From Macrostomum lignano (lineage: Eukaryota), in NCBI GenBank assembly GCA_002269645.1, contig NIVC01000922.1, forward strand, positions 1-64,000: a stretch of 64,000 bases of DNA, in the 5' to 3' direction. Position numbers and translations under genes: made by a program. This document shows positions 23,397 through 35,907 of this stretch, piece after piece. The notes under the pieces are model-generated. The model did no database searches. It was not told the DNA's origin and was given only the letters and a program-made list of their open reading frames with translations. The stretch's first letter is position 1. Each line of letters begins with the position of its first letter.

Positions 23397-24179
23397 AATT
23401 AGCTGAAATTGAATTTACTCAACTGTTAATTATCGAAAGAATAAGCACAATAGCAAAAAATTGGGAATAAAATCTATTCAAAACTCAAAAATGTTTTCGG
23501 GCAGAAAACAGATTGACAATTGTAGTAAAGACGCACTGCCAGAATGGTAAATTATTTTTTTTTTTGCAGAGCACAATTAAATATCACCGAAAATAAAGCA
23601 TTGTGGATCACGTGAAACAACGCAATCCAATAACGGGGCTCTTCTTCCAGAAGAATCAGTAAACAGACTACAGTACAGGCTTTTAAAAGTAAAATAATAG
23701 AATGAATTAACGACAACAAAAACCGCTACAGGCTACTCACGCCTGGACAAGTAGTAGAGTAGACAGTGCATGGCACGCAGGCTAAACAATTTTGTAGCAA
23801 TAAAAGATTCACGGACGGACTCTTGAACGGACAAGCAAGGTCAAAGTGCGAATTAAAATGCTAATGCTTATAATTCAAATAAAGCGTTCTGTAAAAACAC
23901 TTTGAAGGCTGTCGGTCTACTCATAGTAGTTTAAAGTCAATTAAAGAGTGATTTAGGAATGTGATTACGTAAGAAAAATAGATGGACACAGCCTACGAAA
24001 TATTTTTGTATTTACATTTCCTTTTGTTACTGTTTTCTAAACGAGATTTTGCTTGCATAGGAACTTCTAAACAAATCGTTTCTTTCGAACCAAAAATAAC
24101 CAGAAAATTTTTTTACTTTTAGAAAATGTCCATCTAAAAATACACGTCTACTGTAAGTAGTTTGCTCGCGGAAAATGTC

Positions 24180-27100
24180 TTAATCGTCGCCTTCATGCCC
24201 GGTCTGGCCGCTGACTGGCCGAGTCTGACGCGACATAAATCTGCTCAACACTTCCTCGGGGTCATTTAAGGACACCGCATCGGCTTGCAGTCGTTGCAGT
24301 CGCTTTAATCGGGCCTCGTTCGCTCGGTCGATTCGGTCAACGTCCAGACTGACAGTTGAGCTGAGGGCACCGCCGCCGCCGCCTCCGCTGCCGCCTCCAA
24401 GCTGCTCAAATCCGCTAGGCGACAGCGGCTGGTCGATGTCGACAAAAGCCGACTCGCTGTCGAGCTGCATCGACTCGAACGTTTCGCCGCCGCCACCACC
24501 GACGCTGCCCAGACCCAGGTCTGACGGCGCCAGACCGCCAATGTCGTCAAAGTTGCGACGGTTGCTCGACGTTTTGCCAGCAGCAGCTGACGCGGCCGCG
24601 GCCGCACCGCCAGAGGAGGCTGCAATGTTGCGCTTGGCGGCCACCGGCTTGCGGCGGTCGCGGGCCATGTCGAAGACGTCCACCTGGTGGGATTGGCGGG
24701 GTAGGGGCTGGTTGCCGGTTCTGTATCTTGATCTGACCCGATCCAGATCTAATTGGTCACGACTTGCTGACCCAATCGACAAGATGGGTCAGAGATCGGA
24801 TTTGCTGACCCAATCATCAAGATGGGTCAGGGATGGGATTTGCTGACCCAATCGACAAGATGGGTCAGAGATCGGATTTGCTGACCCAATCATCAAGATG
24901 GGTCAGGGATGGGATTTGCTGACCCAATCGACAAGATGGGTCAGGGATGGGATTTGCTGACCCAATCATCAAGATGGGTCAGGGATGGGATTTGCTGACC
25001 CAATCATCAAGATGGGTCAGGGATCGGATTTGCTGACCCAATCATCAAGATGGGTCAGGGATCGGATTTGCTGACCCAATCATCAAGATGGGTCAGGGAT
25101 CGGATTTGCTGACTTAATCATCAAGATGGGTCAGGGATGGGATTTGCTGACCCAATCATCAAGATGGGTCAGGGATCGGATTTGCTGACCCAATCATCAA
25201 GATGGGTCAGGGATCGGATTTGCTGACCCAATCATCAAGATGGGTCAGGGATGGGATTTGCTGACTTAATCATCAAGATGGGTCAGGGATGGGATTTGCT
25301 GACTTAATCATCAAGATGGGTCAGGGATGGGATTTGCTGACCCAATCATCAAGATGGGTCAGGGATCGGATTTGCTGACTTAATCATCAAGATGGGTCAG
25401 GGATGGGATTTGCTGACCCAATCATCAAGATGGGTCAGGAACCTGATGTGCTGACCTAGAACGACCCATGCCTAATGAGTCGATCCAACCTGACCCAAAA
25501 CGGTAACGAGTCATCTGACACCCTGCTGACCAATGAAAAACCGATAAATCAACGCAATTCCTTTATTGAACCCACGCATATCCATCTACCTGATTTCCTG
25601 CAGAAGAACCCCTAACCCGGTAGGTTCCGGCTCCGTTTCCGTTGGCGCTTCCGCTTCCGGCGCCGCCTCCGCCAGCGTCCAGAGCTTCCTCGATTCGTCG
25701 ACGCTCGCTGCGCAGCTGATTCCTCAGCCTGGCCAGCTGCTCGATGGATTCCGGCTCGGGTGCTGAGGCGACCGATGCGGCTGTTGATTGGCGCTGAAGT
25801 GACTGATGCTGCTGCTGCTGGTGCTGCTGCTGCTGCTGGCGTGGCGTGGGCGGCTTCTGCTGTTTCGGCGGCACCTCCATTTGAGTTCGAATTGCTGGTA
25901 CCTGCGGAAAAGTCAAACAGAACAAAATATCAGCCCCTTAGATAAGAGACAGATAAAATCTCACCCTTTGTAGATTAGAGGTAGATAGAAATCTCACCCC
26001 TTATATTAGAGGAAGGCAGAAATCTCACTCCTTAGATTAGAGGTAGATAGAAATCTGACGCCTTAGATTAGAGGTAGATAAAAATCTCACCCCTAATAGA
26101 TTAGAGGTAGATAGAAATCTCACCCCTTGTAGATTAAAGGTAGATAGAAATCTGACCCCTTAGATTAGAGGTAGATACAAATCTCACCCTTTATAGATTA
26201 GAGGTAGATACAAATCTCACCCTTTATAGATTAGAGGTAGATAGAAATCTCATCCCTTATAGATTAGAGATAGATAGAAATCTCACCCCTTATATTAGAG
26301 GAAGGCAGAAATCTCACTCCTTAGATTAGAGGTAGATAGAAATCTGACGCCTTAGATTAGAGGTAGATAGAAATCTGACGCCTTAGATTAGAGGTAGATA
26401 AAAATCTTACCCCTAATAGATTAGAGGTAGATAGAAATCTCACCCCTTGTAGATTAAAGGTAGATACAAATCTCACCCCTTATAGATTAAAGGTAGATAA
26501 AAATGCCGCCCTTATAGATTAGAGGTAGATAGAAATTTTACCCCTAGATTAGAGATACGCTCGTAGATAAAATCTCAACCCTTAGATCTGAGATAGATAG
26601 ATATCTCACCCCTTTATATTAGAGGTAGATAGAAATCTCACCCTTTATAGATTAGAGGTAGATAGAAATCTCATCCCTTGTAGATTAGAGATAGATAGAA
26701 ATCTCACCCCTTATATTAGAGGAAGGCAGAAATCTCACTCCTTAGATTAGAGGTAGATAGAAATCTGACGCCTTAGATTAGAGGTAGATAAAAATCTCAC
26801 CCCTAATAGATTAGAGGTAGATAGAAATCTCACCCCTTGTAGATTAAAGGTAGATAGAAATCTGACCCCTTAGATTAGAGGTAGATACAAATCTCACCCT
26901 TTATAGATTAGAGGTAGATACAAATCTCACCCTTTATAGATTAGAGGTAGATAGAAATCTCATCCCTTATAGATTAGAGATAGATAGAAATCTCACCCCT
27001 TATATTAGAGGAAGGCAGAAATCTCACTCCTTAGATTAGAGGTAGATAGAAATCTGACGCCTTAGATTAGAGGTAGATAAAAATCTTACCCCTAATAGAT

Positions 27101-30100
27101 TAGAGGTAGATAGAAATCTCACCCCTTGTAGATTAAAGGTAGATACAAATCTCACCCCTTATAGATTAAAGGTAGATAAAAATGCCGCCCTTATAGATTA
27201 GAGGTAGATAGAAATTTTACCCCTAGATTAGAGATACGCTCGTAGATAAAATCTCAACCCTTAGATCTGAGATAGATAGATATCTCACCCCTTTATATTA
27301 GAGGTAGATAGAAATCTCACCCTTTATAGATTAGAGGTAGATAAAAATCTCACCCCTAATAGATTAGAGGTAGATAAAAATCTCACCCCTAATAGATTAG
27401 AGGTAGATAGAAATCTCACCCTTAGATTAGAGATAAATAGAAATCTCACCCATTTAAGAGTAGACATGATTAAAAATCTCACCAATGCGGATAGACTAGT
27501 TGAAGTCATCACACACAAGACCCACAGTAGATAGGGCGCGGGGAGAATAAAATTAACTAAATTAAGTTTTGTTGCTGGCATAATTACAGGCGGGGACGCA
27601 GCTCTAGGCGAATAGCGCTGATGCTGCTGCTGATGCTGATGCTGCTGCTGCTGATGATGATGCTGCGCCGCAGGAGGCTGCGCCGGCGGAGAACCGACAT
27701 CCCGTCGACGTCTCGCCGCCGCCGCCGCCGCAGCCGCCTGCTTTCGCTGCTCCTCGGCGGCCAGCCGCAGCTCCTCGTTCCTCTGCCTGGCCGCTGCCTC
27801 TTTTTCAGCCTGGCGCCGGCGCTCCGCCTCCGCCTCGGCCTGCATGCGCCGCTGCTGCTCCTCTGCCCGGCGCTGCTCCTTGAGATCCTCCTCTGCCTGC
27901 CGCTTGCGCTCCGCCTCCTTGGCTCGGCGCTGCTCCTCCACCTGGCGAAGTGCGGGATTTTTAGAGATAACAGTTGAGATGGCGGCTCGGTTCCTAGATC
28001 AGTCTCTTCCGTCTACTCTCTTTCCTTAATCTCATGATCTCTGTGTCTAATCTCATGATATCAGTGTCTAATCTCATGATATCAGTGTCTAATCTCTTGA
28101 TCTCAGTGTCTAATCTCTTGATCACTGTGTCTAGCCTCTTGATCTCCGTGTCTAATCTCTTGATCTCAGTGTCTAATCTCTTGATCACTGTGTCTAGCCT
28201 CTTGATCTCCGTGTCTAATTTCTTGATATCAGTGTCTAATCTCTTGATCACTGTGTCTAGCCTCTTGATCTCCGTGTCTAATCTCTTGATCTCAGTGTCT
28301 AATCTCTTGATCACTGTGTCTAGCCTCTTGATCTCCGTGTCTAATCTCTTGATATCAGTGTCTAATCTCTTGATCTCAGCGTCTAATCTCTTGATCTCAG
28401 CGTCTAATCTCTTGATCACTGTGTCTAGCCTCTTGATCTCCGTGTCTAATCTCTTGATCTCAGTGTCTAATCTCTTGATCACTGTGTCTAGCCTCTTGAT
28501 CTCCGTGTCTAATCTCTTGATATCAGTGTCTAATCTCTTGATCTCAGTGTCTAATCTCATGATTCCAGTATAATAATCTCTTGATCACATCACAGTATTT
28601 AATCTCTTATCTTATTCTCCCGTGGTAGCTCCCTTGATTCCATGCTCTAATGTCTTAACCTCAGCATCCAATCTATATTTTCTAGAATCTTGAAAATCCA
28701 TTCCAGCCCCAACCTGCTGCCTCAGCTCCTCCTGATAGCGCTCTCGTTGACGCTTCTGTTCGTCAGAGAGGCCTCTGCCAAAGATCCCGTGACCACCTCT
28801 GGCGTGCTGCGGCTGCTGCTGCTGTTGCTTCTCTTGTTGCTGAACATCTTTCTGCTGCCTACTATTAGTAGCATTAGCAGCAGTAGCATTGGAAAATCCT
28901 CCAAAATCGTCGGTAAACGATTTAGATAATCTAGTCTGCAAATCTTTTAATCCGTCGAGATGCTGCATCCAGTCGTCTGGATCGGCTGAACCTGCCGGTG
29001 CGACTCCCGATGAGAAGTCGCCGCCTCGGCCTCGAAAATCGTCGTAGCCGTCGCCAGTAGCAGCAGCACGGTGACCGCTGTTGGACAGTCTGTCGTCGTC
29101 TGTCTCGCGCATCACCTGCTTCAGGTTGGCTCGCGTGTTGCCCTGGGCGTCCTTGATTGGCGCGCCGCCGCCGCCTTTGCCTGAGGAAATGTTTTAGCCG
29201 TTTATAGCTGGCGAGTTTAGGGAGATGCAGCAGTGCTGCGTGATGGAGAGGGTGAGAGTGTGTAGATAGTGGAGTAGAGAGCAGCAGAGAGGGCAGGAGA
29301 GGGTGAGGAGTGTGCAGGAAAAGGTGCAGGAGAGGGTGTAGCAGAGGGTGAGGAGGGTGCAGGAAAAGGTGCAGGAGAGGGTGTAGCAGAGGGTGAGGAG
29401 GGTGCAGGAAAAGGTGCAGGAGAGGGTGTAGCAGAGGGTGAGGAGGGTGCAGGAAAAGGTGCATCAGAGGGTGCAGGAAAAGGTGCAGGAGAGGGTGTAG
29501 CAGAGGGTGAGGAGGGTGCAGGAAAAGTTGCAGAAGGTGCAGTAGGAGGTGCAGCAGAGGGCACAGCAGGGAGTGCAGCAGAGGGCACAGCAGAGAGTGC
29601 AGCAGAGGGCACAGCAGAGGGCACAGCAGAGGGCACAGCAGAGGGCACAGCAACCCACCAAACGGGTCGTAGGCGGCAATTTCTGCTTCCTTTTTCCGCT
29701 CGAATTCTTCCCGCTCCCGTTTCCGTTTAATCTCGGCGGCCCTCTTCTCGGCCATCTGGCGCTCCAACTCCTTGGCGTACTCGGCTTTCTGCCTGGCCGC
29801 GGCCTGAGCCTTGCGCTCCTGCTCGGTGCCCAGCGCCAGCAAGCCGCCGCCGCCGCCGCTCGCAACCGGATCCTCTTTCTGCGTCGTCAGCGAAGGTTCA
29901 ACGAATCGAACGCCTCGGTTGGACGTCGGTGCGGCGGCCTGAGAGGCTGACAGGCCCTCGTAGATGCCCAGGCCGTAGCTGCCAAGGCCGCCCCCGCCGC
30001 CATCGTCTAAGTCGAGCCCGAGGTAACCGGCTGGCGGCGAAGGCTTGGACGATTGGAGCGACTGGAATTTTAGGGAATTTTATAGTTTAGGGCTGTGCTT

Positions 30101-33100
30101 AGATGGGGAGGTGAGATCTCAGAGAACCAGAATGGGATTAGAGAACTGAGATGGGATTAGAGAACTGAGATGGGATTAGGGAACTGAGATGGGATTAGAG
30201 AACTGAGATGGGATTAGAGAACTGAGATGGGATTAGGGAATTGAGATGGGATTAGAGAACTGAGATGGGATTAGGGAACTGAGATGGGATTAGAGAACTG
30301 AGATGGGATTAGAGAACTGAGATGGGGTTAGAGAACTGAGATGGGATTAGGGAACTGAGATGGGATTAGAGAACTGAGATGGGATTAGAGAACTTAGATG
30401 GGATCAGAGAACTGAGATGGGATTAGGGAACTGAGATGGGATTAGAGAACTGAGATGGGATTAGGGAACTGAGATGGGATTAGGGAACTGAGATGGGATT
30501 AGAGAACTGAGATGGGATTAGGGAACTGAGATGGGATTAGGGAACTGAGATGGGGTTAGAGAACTGAGATGGGATTAGCCAGCCGAGATGGGATTAGAGA
30601 ACTAAGATGGGATTAGGGAACTGAGATGGGATTAGAGAACTGAGATGGGATTAGAGAACTGAGATGGGATTAGGGAACTGAGATGGGATTAGAGAACTGA
30701 GATGGGATTAGGGAACTGAGATGGGATTAGGGAACTGAGATGGGATTAGAGAACTGAGATAGGATCAGAGAACTGAGATGGGATTAGGGAACTGAGATGG
30801 GATTAGGGAACTGAGATGGGGTTAGAGAACTGAGATGGGATTAGGGAACTGAGATGGGATTAGAGAACTGAGATGGGATTAGGGAACTGAGATGGGATTA
30901 GGGAACTGAGATGGGATTAGAGAACTGAGATGGGATTAGGGAACTGAGATGGGATTAGAGAACTGAGATGGAATTGTGGAACACAGATGGGATTAAAGAC
31001 CCGAGATGGGATTAGGAAACTGAGATGGGATTAGAGAACTGAGATGGGATTAGGGAACTGAGATGGGATTAGAGAACTGAGATGGGATTAGGGAACTGAG
31101 ATGGGATTAGGGAACTGAGATGGGATTAGGGAACTGAGATGGGATTAGAGAACTGAGATGGGATTAGGGAACTGAGATGGGATTAGAGAACTGAGATGGA
31201 ATTGTGGAACACAGATGGGATTAAAGACCCGAGATGGGATTAGGAAACTGAGATGGGATTAGAGAACTGAGATGGGATTAGGGAACTGAGATGGGATTAG
31301 AGAACTGAGATGGGATTAGGGAACTGAGATGGGATTAGAGAACTGAGATGGAATTGTGGAACACAGATGGGATTAAAGACCCGAGATGGGATTAGGAAAC
31401 TGAGATGGGATTAGAGAACTGAGATGGGATTAGGGAACTGAGATGGGATTAGAGAACTGAGATGGGATTAGGGAACTGAGATGGGATTAGAGAACTGAGA
31501 TGGGATTAGGGAACTGAGATGGGATTAGAGAACTGAGATGGGATTAGGGAACTTTATTTCAAAAAGCAAAACCTCACCGATAAGTCTCCAATTCCAGGTC
31601 TAGTAGCAGATTGCTCCTGAAGCGACGGTCTCTGCTTCTGCTGTTTTTGCTCCGCTAACTGGCGCTCCAGCTCGGCTTTATATGCCTGGCGCTTTCTCTC
31701 GCGCTGGCTGGCCGTGTCAGGTCGACGGGTGTCGATGGCCCCGCCGACAGTGGCAACTGCGGCTGACGAAGCTGAAGACGTCGAAGTGGCAAAAGATGAA
31801 GCTTCTAGACGAGTCGAGGAAGCTGGCGGTTGATGAGGTTTCTGAGGCTGAGGCTGCTGCTGCTGCTGAGCATTCTGACGTAGCAGCATTTTTCTAAGAT
31901 TTTCGTATTCGGCCTCCAACTGTTCCAGCCGACTGACGGGATCTTTCGAGCCGTCGGCAAGACCGTTGGCTGTCGGAGCGGCGCCCCCCGGGTAGCGCGA
32001 TGAAGCTGCCGGAGGCTGGACAGCGGTAAAGCCACGGAGCTCGGCAACGCGGCGTTCGAGATCGTCTAAACTGGTGAAATCCACTCGGTTCGATGGCTGC
32101 GGCTGCTGCTGAGGCGGCGGCGGAGGCGTCGGCTGGTGCTGCGGAATCTCCGGTAATGGCGTCTGTCGAGGTGGCTGGTGCAACTGCTGTTGCTGCTGCT
32201 TCTGCTGCGGCTGTCTTTTGCGTTGCTGCTCCTGCGTTTTAGGTGAAAGTTTATATTACAAGACCAATCGCAAATTAGATAATTCATAAACTAGACAGTT
32301 CATAAACTAGACAGTTCATAAACTAGACAGTTTATAAACTAGACACTTCATAAACTAGACAGTTCATAAACTACACAGTTTATAAACTAGACACTTCATA
32401 AACTAGACAGTTCATAAACTAGACAGTTCATAAACTAGACAGTTCATAAACTAGACAGTTCATAAACTAGACACTTCATAAACTAGACACTTCATAAACT
32501 AGACAGTTCATAAACTAGACAGTTCATAAACTAGACAGTTCATAAACTAGACACTTCATAAACTAGACAATTCATAAACTAGACAGTTCATAAACTAGAC
32601 AGTTCATAAACTAGACAGTTCATAAACTAGACAGTTCATAAACTAGACAGTTCATAAACTAGACAGTTCATAAACTAGACAATTCATAAACTAGACAGTT
32701 CATAAACTAGACAGTTCATAAACTAGACAGTTCATAAACTAGACAGTTCATAAACTAGACAGTTCATAAACTAGACAGTTCATAAACTAGACAGTTCATA
32801 AACTAGACAGTTCATAAACTAGACAGTTCATAAACTAGGCAGTTCATAAACTAGACAGTTCATAAACTAGACAGTTCATAAACTAGACAGTTCATAAACT
32901 AGACAGTTCATAAACTAGACAGTTCATAAACTAGGCAGTTCATAAACTAGACAGTTCATAAACTAGACAGTTCATAAACTAGACAGTTCATAAACTAGAC
33001 AGTTCATAAACTAGACAGTGCATAAAAAGACAAGTGTAAATTGTGAAGTTTCTAGCTTGTAACGAAGGCCTTTTCAACTTTAAAACTGTTAAAACGCTAA

Positions 33101-34443
33101 CTATTCTACTATAATTTACTAGTTATATGACAGGGCATTTCACATAAAAATATATAGATAGTTACTCCCGCCGTTTACCCCCAGCTTGTATTCTTCTTAC
33201 CTGTTCCTTCATTCTCAAGTACTCATTGTACTCAGCATTGCGCTGCCGTTCTTTCCTTTGTCTAGCACTGGTCGAATCTCTTAGGCCGCCAACAATGCCC
33301 AGGCCACCGCCGCTGCCAGACCCTGAGCCAGCGGTGGACATGCTGGCTGGATAAGCTGGAACCGGCGGATCCTGAGCAGCCGGGAAAGCTGCTGGTACAG
33401 GTTTTCGCAGCTTCAAATAATCCTCTCGACGAGATTCGTCAAACGCTCGCCTCGTGTCTGCGTAAGCGCCCAGCTTTGAGAACAGACCGCCACTGCTCTC
33501 CTCTTTGCTGTTGTTGCTCTGCGGCCGAGGAAATTCTATTGTGGGGACAGCAGCTGCGGGCAGAGTTAGGGATACAGCTGGTTGCTATGGCAACTGTACT
33601 CAGAATACAATTCAGAGCTGCTGCACACGCATAGGCGGTCAATTTATAGAGCACAAAGAATCACTGCACTGCAAGCCCAATTCTGCACCAACTATAGACA
33701 ATACTGGGAAAGGGGAGAGAAGAGAGTTCAGTCCCTTATCCCTATCTCTTACACAAGGTGTGCAAATGTTCGTCCAAAATATGCTCCCCACTTCAAACAT
33801 AAATTTGCATTGCAAAAGGTACAGCGCTGCTTACTACTAATTGTAGTAGAGCAGTTAGTAGTATTATTGCAAATTAATTTAAACAACTACGTTCTGTTCA
33901 ATTCATAGAAATTAGGTTAAAACAATAGCAGGATTGGGGTTAAAAGACCAAAAAATAGACATATTGGGGCAAATAATGAAGCAAAAAGAAATTTGGGATT
34001 AAAAACAATCCAATATACTAAAAATGAAAATCTTGCTTGTTTGTTTGTTTGTACGCAATCGATTAGAGAAAAAATTTAAAGCTAAAAATTAGAAGTATTA
34101 GCAGATCTATTAGTTTTCTAATGAGGATTTTGACAAAAAATAAAATGGTGTTTAAAATATTTTTGGGTATGGACTTTAAATAAAGATAAATATTTGAATA
34201 AAATTACAGTCTCTAGGATCTTTTAAACAAATGTGAAAATGTTTTTGTTTGTATAAAGACAAAAACAGTAAGCTTTTTGTAGTACACACCTGTTGAAACT
34301 GTAGGCTTAGCAGCCAAGGCCAAGCCACCATTAGTGCTGGGTCCAGGTGGAAATGCCTCTCTATTGTTGCCAATCCTTTGCCTGTCGGCAGCAAGTCTTT
34401 GCTTTTGCTCTTGAATGAACTGATCAATGTCTGCTGATGCCAT
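24180..34443 (-). CDS. CSPP1: Centrosome and spindle pole-associated protein 1 (8 exons, 1060 aa)
   Basis: Exons 34443-34290, 33535-33201, 32231-31578, 30061-29659, 29180-28714, 27941-27588, 25901-25590, 24683-24180; 3183 nt, all GT-AG and in phase. Motifs match recalled CSPP1: [80 protein letters not shown]. Confidence 0.88.
24750..25440. repeat. 38-bp hairpin-forming minisatellite, CSPP1 intron 7
   Basis: Unit GATTTGCTGACCCAATCATCAAGATGGGTCAGGGATCG; internal 8-bp inverted repeat CTGACCCA/TGGGTCAG with a 10-nt loop. Confidence 0.95.
25940..27480. repeat. ~31-bp minisatellite with 289-bp and ~710-bp higher-order periods, CSPP1 intron 6
   Basis: Unit TAGATTAGAGGTAGATAGAAATCTCACCCCT; the variant GAAGGCAGAA occurs at 26012, 26301, 26722 and 27011. 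Confidence 0.93.
28020..28610. repeat. 21-bp minisatellite (TCTAATCTCTTGATCTCAGTG), CSPP1 intron 5
   Basis: About 26 copies; stop-free in one frame on each strand. Confidence 0.95.
29225..29650. repeat. Compound 45-bp/12-bp G/A-rich repeat, CSPP1 intron 4
   Basis: GCAGAGGGTGAGGAGGGTGCAGGAAAAGGTGCAGGAGAGGGTGTA x~4, then GCAGAGGGCACA units. Confidence 0.85.
30130..31553. repeat. 19-bp minisatellite (GAGATGGGATTAG[A/G]GAACT), CSPP1 intron 3
   Basis: Period 19 (GAGATGGG at 30243 and 30262); ~75 copies. Confidence 0.96.
32282..33022. repeat. 16-bp minisatellite (TTCATAAACTAGACAG), CSPP1 intron 2
   Basis: About 46 near-perfect copies. Confidence 0.96.
33581..33594. promoter_or_regulatory. RFX X-box (GTTGCTATGGCAAC) in CSPP1 intron 1
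   Basis: 13/14 match to the palindromic consensus GTTGCCATGGCAAC, ~45 bp from the exon 2 acceptor of a ciliary gene. Confidence 0.65.
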
Positions 34444-35736
34444 TTTATTTGGATTGTTGCTTCTGAAAAAGATAATTTAAATGTAATAAAGAAGAAAAGT
34501 TAGCAATTTTATAAGTATAGACATCTAATTGAAAGAGAATAATGATTGACTAAACAGGATAGTAGCAGAACTATGTGATAAATTTTGATTCCAACAATTT
34601 TATAACCCAAAAATAGAAAAAAATGTAATATATACAAAATATAAAAACTATAGATAAATTATTATAGACTTAGCTATGTTGATACCAGTAAGATATGAAA
34701 ATGGAATAGAATAGCATAATAAAATGTGGAATCTGCTACAGAATCATAAATTGCAAAAAGACTTGCAGATTGAAACAAGTCTTTAGAATTGAAGCAAAGC
34801 TAGAAGTATGGGAATTTAAAAATTATAATTTTTTGAATTGATATTAATATATACACTAATTCTAAATAACTCTTTAGATTTATATGTAACCATACCAATG
34901 TAAGTATATGAAAAATATATAGGCCCTAAATAGTTTTAAAATATGATTCATATATTAAAGCAAACTGTACTAAAAACAATAGCATTTATTAAGCATAAGG
35001 CAAACTTAAAGTAGTAAATTCAAGTTCTCTCATGAATATTATAAGTGATAAATATTGAAAATATAATCCTAGACCTAATTTTCTCTAGCAGTTTGGTATT
35101 CTTTTTCTAAGTTTTATTATTATAAATAACATTTATAGTTCATAGTGCCTTGCATTTGTATTTTATTTAAAGTTAGTATGATCTATAGTTTATTTTATAA
35201 TTTATCATTTCATTATGGATTCAGCATTTTACTGTAGTATTCTATTCTGATTCCATTGCGGATTCTACATTTTACAAGGCACTAGGCCTAGCTATAGGCC
35301 TAGCCATATAGGGGGGTTCTAAACATCTAGAATATATTCGACACTTATTGACAATCTAAATGAAATATTATAACTTATTAAAATATTATAACCATCTTAC
35401 ATACACTTTTTGATTGAATTCTTGAAAACTCAATAGTAGCTCTAGTCTAGACAAAATATAATATTGCCGATTATTGGCAATATATTCTATAACCTACTCT
35501 ATACTCTATAGGACTCTGGAATTAGGCCTAGGGGGCCTATTAATATATATTATATATAAGGGTTATATGGGTAGCAAGTAGCAAACTTTGCTAGACAATT
35601 TTTTGGTACTTGGTACTTATACAGTTATACTTTGTAGCATAGACCTAGCCCTAGGCCTAGCCATTGATTGGTATTCAACTCATTCTTTCTTAAGTTAGGC
35701 CTATGCTGCCTACTAGTCTACTACCTAACACAGTTA

Positions 35737-35907
35737 CAGTGGCGCAACCAGGGGGGTGGATGTGGTTGCCCCCCTTAGGCAGAGACTGAAAAAAATCTAA
35801 GGGGGGAACAAGCAAATTTTCGCCAAAAACAGAGCCACCCCTCGGCCCCCTCCCAGGTCTTTACCCTCAAGAATCCCCCCCTCAAAAAATTTCTGGTTGC
35901 GCTACTG
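35737..35907. mobile_element. hAT-superfamily MITE (171 bp)
   Basis: 15-bp TIRs CAGTGGCGCAACCAG / CTGGTTGCGCTACTG (1 mismatch); perfect 8-bp TSD CACAGTTA at 35729-35736 and 35908-35915. Confidence 0.9.

Noticed and set aside
24750-25440. CRISPR-like array (palindromic 38-bp repeats; likewise the 28-bp and 52-bp arrays)
   Set aside because: Units are head-to-tail with no unique spacers, there are no cas genes, and the context is eukaryotic introns.
28931-29842. 303-aa ORF as a single CSPP1 exon
   Set aside because: It reads through repeat-filled intron 4; the conserved [12 protein letters not shown] motif is restored only by splicing 29659 to 29180.
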